Part shown: one piece after another, positions 23,611-26,497 of the stretch
Layout of the letters: each line of letters begins with the position of its first letter
How positions within the stretch are numbered: position 1 is the stretch's first letter
Source: a virus
Lineage: Duplodnaviria; Caudoviricetes
IMG/VR virus record: IMGVR_UViG_3300030372_000881
Coordinates: 1-26,497 of that record
Direction: 5' to 3' (one strand)
Length of the DNA: 26,497 nucleotides
The notes under the pieces: model-generated
What the model was told of the DNA's origin: nothing
The model's input: only the letters and a program-made list of their open reading frames with translations
Databases searched by the model: none
Made by a program: the position numbers and the translations under genes

Positions 23611-23892
23611 TTCGCTATTATAGCACATCACTTCTTGTTTTCGCCTGCCTCGCAAACGTCTGTCTGAAGTTTGAGCAAGCATCTGTTCAAGACAAGGCTT
23701 CAAGATCGCCAAGGTAACAACCAAAGTCGATGTCACTACATCCTCCACCTCTTTGCCTTCAGCCGCCAAAAACACCTCTTCCATATGTTCGTGGATTCCC
23801 TTCGCTGTATCTGCAAGAACCTTATCTGACATGCGTGACATAGTATCAATCGCATCACAGATCAACAACCTCATTCTATCTTGTTCACGCAT
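23602..23892 (-). CDS. Hypothetical protein (96 aa)
   Basis: ORF in operon context; no recognised motif. Confidence 0.6.
   Translation of the reverse strand: MREQDRMRLLICDAIDTMSRMSDKVLADTAKGIHEHMEEVFLAAEGKEVEDVVTSTLVVTLAILKPCLEQMLAQTSDRRLRGRRKQEVMCYNSEED
23617..23627 (-). promoter_or_regulatory. Consensus extended -10 promoter (TGTGCTATAAT)
   Basis: Perfect TGnTATAAT within the last codons of the upstream ORF. Confidence 0.7.
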
Positions 23893-23898
23893 TTGTTT

Positions 23899-24135
23899 TC
23901 ACGCTGTTTCCTCGCAGATCACCTGCGTTAATTCTACCACAGGAAATCCATTTTCAATGAGCCATTCCCGAATGAATTTATCTTCACAAAATTTTTGTCT
24001 TAACTTGACAATTAACTTCTTGTGCAAGAAAGCCGCACGCTGTTGTGAAACACCAAGATGGTTTCCAATTTCCACAAATGAATGTGTGAACGTTTGTCCA
24101 TTTTTATACATCGTTGTCAACTCCGAATAATTCAC
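23899..24135 (-). CDS. Sigma-70 region-4-like HTH protein (putative late transcription regulator)
   Basis: SFVEIGNHLGVSQQRAAFLHKKLIVKLR resembles the T..EIG..LGVS.ERVRQI...AL.KLR pattern; start uncertain. Confidence 0.7.
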   Translation of the reverse strand: MNYSELTTMYKNGQTFTHSFVEIGNHLGVSQQRAAFLHKKLIVKLRQKFCEDKFIREWLIENGFPVVELTQVICEETA

Positions 24136-24586
24136 AATGTACTAATCCTCGAAGCGTTTGTTTCCATTCTCTTGGATTACCGTTTTCAGGTTTTGAGATT
24201 AGATGTCCATACTTGCCAAGAACTTTCACGCACGCACTTCTTAGTTCATCGACTGAAGTGGCTTCAAGTCTTTGAATTTGGCGTTCTTTTTCTTGATCGT
24301 ATTCAGCACGCATTTCAGCCGCAGTTTTTTCCATCTGCTGTGCCATGAAAGTCAATTTTTTAAAACGTTCTTTTTTTTCTTTCTCACATATCTTGATGAA
24401 CCATGCTAGCCTTGGCGTATTTGATGAATATCTTTTGACAACTTCAACGCCAGCACCTTCAACAATGTCTTTGTCATAGTACGTCAAAGCACGACACCAA
24501 TCTTCAGCCTCCACCTGTGTTGGTTGCCAATGCGGAAATCTGTTCTTGATCCTATGCCAAACTTCTGTCCAATCGCTTTTTTGCAT
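24104..24586 (-). CDS. Putative helicase loader/inhibitor (SPP1 G39P-like N-terminal domain)
   Basis: W...L..YD...V..A..........P pattern; downstream of the initiator. Confidence 0.6.
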   Translation of the reverse strand: MQKSDWTEVWHRIKNRFPHWQPTQVEAEDWCRALTYYDKDIVEGAGVEVVKRYSSNTPRLAWFIKICEKEKKERFKKLTFMAQQMEKTAAEMRAEYDQEKERQIQRLEATSVDELRSACVKVLGKYGHLISKPENGNPREWKQTLRGLVHCELFGVDNDV

Positions 24587-25014
24587 TAAATTATCCTTTC
24601 TGCATATTTCTTAACTTGTTCAATTTTTGGTAGATACGCTCTTTTTGGTTCTGTGTCACCTTTGCCAACAAACGTTCTTTGATTCAGTGCTTCCAAAATT
24701 ATCATTTTTTTTAGATTGATAGGCTTAATCCAAATGTATTCATTGCCAGTATAAATAACCCAATAATCAGCAAGCGTTGTCATCAGTGCAGATGGCTTTC
24801 CATACATTGCAACTTCGATGACTAGATTGCCAGTGAATTTGCTTTTCTGATCTGCTTTAACTTCAACGCTTGTTGATATCTCTGGAATGAATATGTCATA
24901 TGGTGAAAATTTTCCATCGATCATAAACGCCAAAGGGTATTTTTTTTGAATCATTGACAGCACTGTTTTTTCGACTTCCTTGCCGTATGCTAAATCTTCC
25001 TTGAATGTCTGCAT
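24586..25014 (-). CDS. PD-(D/E)XK-fold putative endonuclease
   Basis: FKEDLAYGKEVE, YDI....VEVKAD, GNLVIE and TLADYW motifs. Confidence 0.7.
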   Translation of the reverse strand: MQTFKEDLAYGKEVEKTVLSMIQKKYPLAFMIDGKFSPYDIFIPEISTSVEVKADQKSKFTGNLVIEVAMYGKPSALMTTLADYWVIYTGNEYIWIKPINLKKMIILEALNQRTFVGKGDTEPKRAYLPKIEQVKKYAERII

Positions 25015-25017
25015 CGT

Positions 25018-25266
25018 CTAGTCCTTTGGATATAACTTATCAAGACCTAGCATGTTTGACATACTCTTTGCTGAATCAAATGGGGATTGACTGTTCTTTT
25101 TTTCAATCAATTGATGAACTTGATCTCTTTTTTTGTCCAATTCCTTCAATTCATCTTCAAGCGATCTGATTTCAGTGTTTATTTGTCCAAGCATTTTGAC
25201 AATATCTTCATGGCGTTGATAATAAAGTTTTAATTCGCTTTGAATGCTTTCAATTGTGTTTTTCAT
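25018..25266 (-). CDS. Coiled-coil hypothetical protein
   Basis: GAAGGA RBS before ATG 25266 (alternative start ATG 25329); heptad pattern. Confidence 0.65.
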   Translation of the reverse strand: MKNTIESIQSELKLYYQRHEDIVKMLGQINTEIRSLEDELKELDKKRDQVHQLIEKKNSQSPFDSAKSMSNMLGLDKLYPKD

Positions 25267-25321
25267 TTTCATATCCTTCTTGTTTTTATGGGGAATATCC
25301 CTGTGAAATTTGTTAGTGAAT

Positions 25322-26086
25322 CTATTCATTGCCATACACCTTTGCAAATGCGGCTTCTTCGTCCGCAGGATCAATGGGCTTTTTGTGCTTCGAGTTCCAA
25401 GAATCTGAATCCTCTTCCCAAACTCTGTCATATAACAACGTTGCAGGATTGCGATAGAACTCGGATTGACCTTCGCCCGATTTGTAATATTCGCATATTG
25501 CTGACATTACCATTTTCTGATCTAAATTTTCATTTGCAACAACATCTGCAAAAGCAGTGAGCCATTTTGATTTTGCAACTTTCCTTCCTCTTGGAATCAA
25601 GTTCCACAATTTAATGGCATCGCCTCTGGAATTATAAACAGCAGAAGAATTGAATGTTCTGTCTTGTTCTGTATGTACTGTCTTGTTCTGTACTGTAGCC
25701 GTACCACTCTCTGACTCTTGTCGGAGCATGCTCGGAGCAGGGTACGAATCTGGACATTCAAGCCAACCAACTTTGCATAAAAGTGGGATTGATCGTTCAA
25801 AAATAGCAGATGATATGTCGGTCATGGCTTCAAAATCCTCGCAATCCAGTGCGTTGCCTCTGTCGTCAGCCAGAATGCCACGAATGGACATCCTAGCCGC
25901 CAACTGAACCAGAACGCACCAGCATGCAAATGCTTCCACACCGCCTTGCTGACGTATCAATTTCCGATATCCTCTGGAGTCGTGCCGAGTCGGCATCGCA
26001 ACCCACGATAACCGACCAGCACGCCTTCTTGATTGAGCGATTTCAAAACCCTCTTCCCAATTAGCGATAACTAATGGTGAGTTCAT
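25322..26086 (-). CDS. Putative replication initiator (lambda O/DnaD-like organisation)
   Basis: N-terminal winged-helix-like region, low-complexity linker with DNA repeats, C-terminal W...P..RKVAK and FYRNPATLL...WE motifs; ATGA overlap with the HTH gene. Confidence 0.7.
   Translation of the reverse strand: MNSPLVIANWEEGFEIAQSRRRAGRLSWVAMPTRHDSRGYRKLIRQQGGVEAFACWCVLVQLAARMSIRGILADDRGNALDCEDFEAMTDISSAIFERSIPLLCKVGWLECPDSYPAPSMLRQESESGTATVQNKTVHTEQDRTFNSSAVYNSRGDAIKLWNLIPRGRKVAKSKWLTAFADVVANENLDQKMVMSAICEYYKSGEGQSEFYRNPATLLYDRVWEEDSDSWNSKHKKPIDPADEEAAFAKVYGNE
25655..25740. repeat. Putative origin iterons within the initiator gene
   Basis: TGT(T/A)CTGT at 25655, 25665, 25674, 25684 and 25689; TCGGAGCA twice around a GAGCATGCTC palindrome. 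Confidence 0.45.
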
Positions 26087-26307
26087 TTTGAATCCCCTCC
26101 CTGCTTTGATCCGCCAGAAGCAACCCATTGATCAATGTCAGATTCTCGCCATCTATGTTGATGACCGATGCGGATGCTTTCTGGAAATTCATTCTTTTCC
26201 ATTAGCCGATAGATCGTGCGGCTGTGAACGCCAAGTCTGTTTGCTACTTGTTCACCTGACAGCAATGTGTCACCGTTTTTGTTTTTAATATTAGAATGGA
26301 ATGTCAT
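26083..26307 (-). CDS. AlpA/excisionase-like winged-HTH DNA-binding protein
   Basis: LLSGEQVANRLGVHSRTIYRLMEKNEFPESIRIG...RWRESDIDQW; its ATG overlaps the ssb DDIPF codons. Confidence 0.85.
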   Translation of the reverse strand: MTFHSNIKNKNGDTLLSGEQVANRLGVHSRTIYRLMEKNEFPESIRIGHQHRWRESDIDQWVASGGSKQGGDSK

Positions 26308-26497
26308 CTTGTGCAACCTCTACTTTCATTGGCTTAGTTGATCCTTGATTGTCATCTTGCTTGGATGATATGAATGCAAAATCTCGAACAGTTACTTTTG
26401 GAGTTTGTCGATTATTGCCTTCCTTGTCTTGCCACTGTTGAATTTCAATGCTTCCTGCAACTGTCAATTCATTTCCTTTTTTGCACCAAGATTCGAT
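26098..26497. repeat. Terminal direct repeat or circular overlap, right copy
   Basis: Matches 1-400. Confidence 0.97.
26291..26497 (-). CDS. ssb: ssb, 3' part (second copy, 5'-truncated at the window edge)
   Basis: Allelic to 194-400; ends DDIPF-TAA. Confidence 0.9.
   Translation of the reverse strand: MESWCKKGNELTVAGSIEIQQWQDKEGNNRQTPKVTVRDFAFISSKQDDNQGSTKPMKVEVAQDDIPF

Larger units (their letters stand above)
1..26497 (-). mobile_element. Near-complete or complete tailed dsDNA phage genome (HK97-type head, siphovirus-type tail), unit length about 26,097 bp
   Basis: Complete ordered set of terminase, portal, protease, capsid, connector, tail tube, chaperone and tape measure genes, plus replication and recombination modules. 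The ends overlap by 400 bp and no host housekeeping genes are present. Confidence 0.95.

Noticed and set aside
3642-25800. Nested minus-strand alternative-frame ORFs (for example 3642-3956, 7788-8075, 8640-8858, 20678-20995, 23147-23455)
   Set aside because: They lie in alternative frames almost entirely inside longer genes with recognisable motifs. None has a lipobox suggesting an embedded o-spanin.
9-26288. All plus-strand ORFs in the track (for example 2843-3025, 8699-9016, 16416-16808, 22584-22940)
   Set aside because: They are antisense shadows of well-supported minus-strand genes, with no recognisable motifs.
1-26497. Stop-codon reassignment or tRNA genes
   Set aside because: Genes are intact under the standard code and use all three stop codons; I saw no cloverleaf or T-loop motif in the intergenic gaps.

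Overview
The window looks like a complete, circularly permuted genome of about 26.1 kb from a small HK97-like siphovirus. A 400-bp end overlap (1-400 vs 26098-26497) has 20 substitutions by manual alignment. Every credible gene is on the minus strand. In transcription order around the circle the genes are: an early promoter near 3100; three small cassette-like ORFs separated by structured repeats; RecE-like exonuclease, Sak3-like annealase, SSB and AlpA/Xis-like HTH; replication initiator, PD-(D/E)XK nuclease, helicase loader and sigma-region-4 HTH; a putative sRNA and terminator; RusA; a membrane/lysis cluster with no recognisable endolysin; two structural-looking genes; TerS, TerL, a 1005-aa portal-MuF fusion, protease and capsid; head-tail connectors; a tail module with a short tape measure protein and very Cys-rich tip proteins; a metallophosphoesterase; and a protein with a PEP-CTERM-like tail. 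I see no integrase, repressor, DNA polymerase, tRNA or CRISPR array. Several motifs suggest a Planctomycetota (Phycisphaerae-like) host, which is inference only. The strongest candidate for an undescribed system is a roughly 125-nt putative sRNA (about 23481-23610). It displays an anti-Shine-Dalgarno loop complementary to the ribosome-binding sites in the repeated early-gene leaders, which suggests an RNA-based early-to-late switch acting on a shuffleable cassette array. All family assignments come from recognising motifs by eye; no database searches were run.
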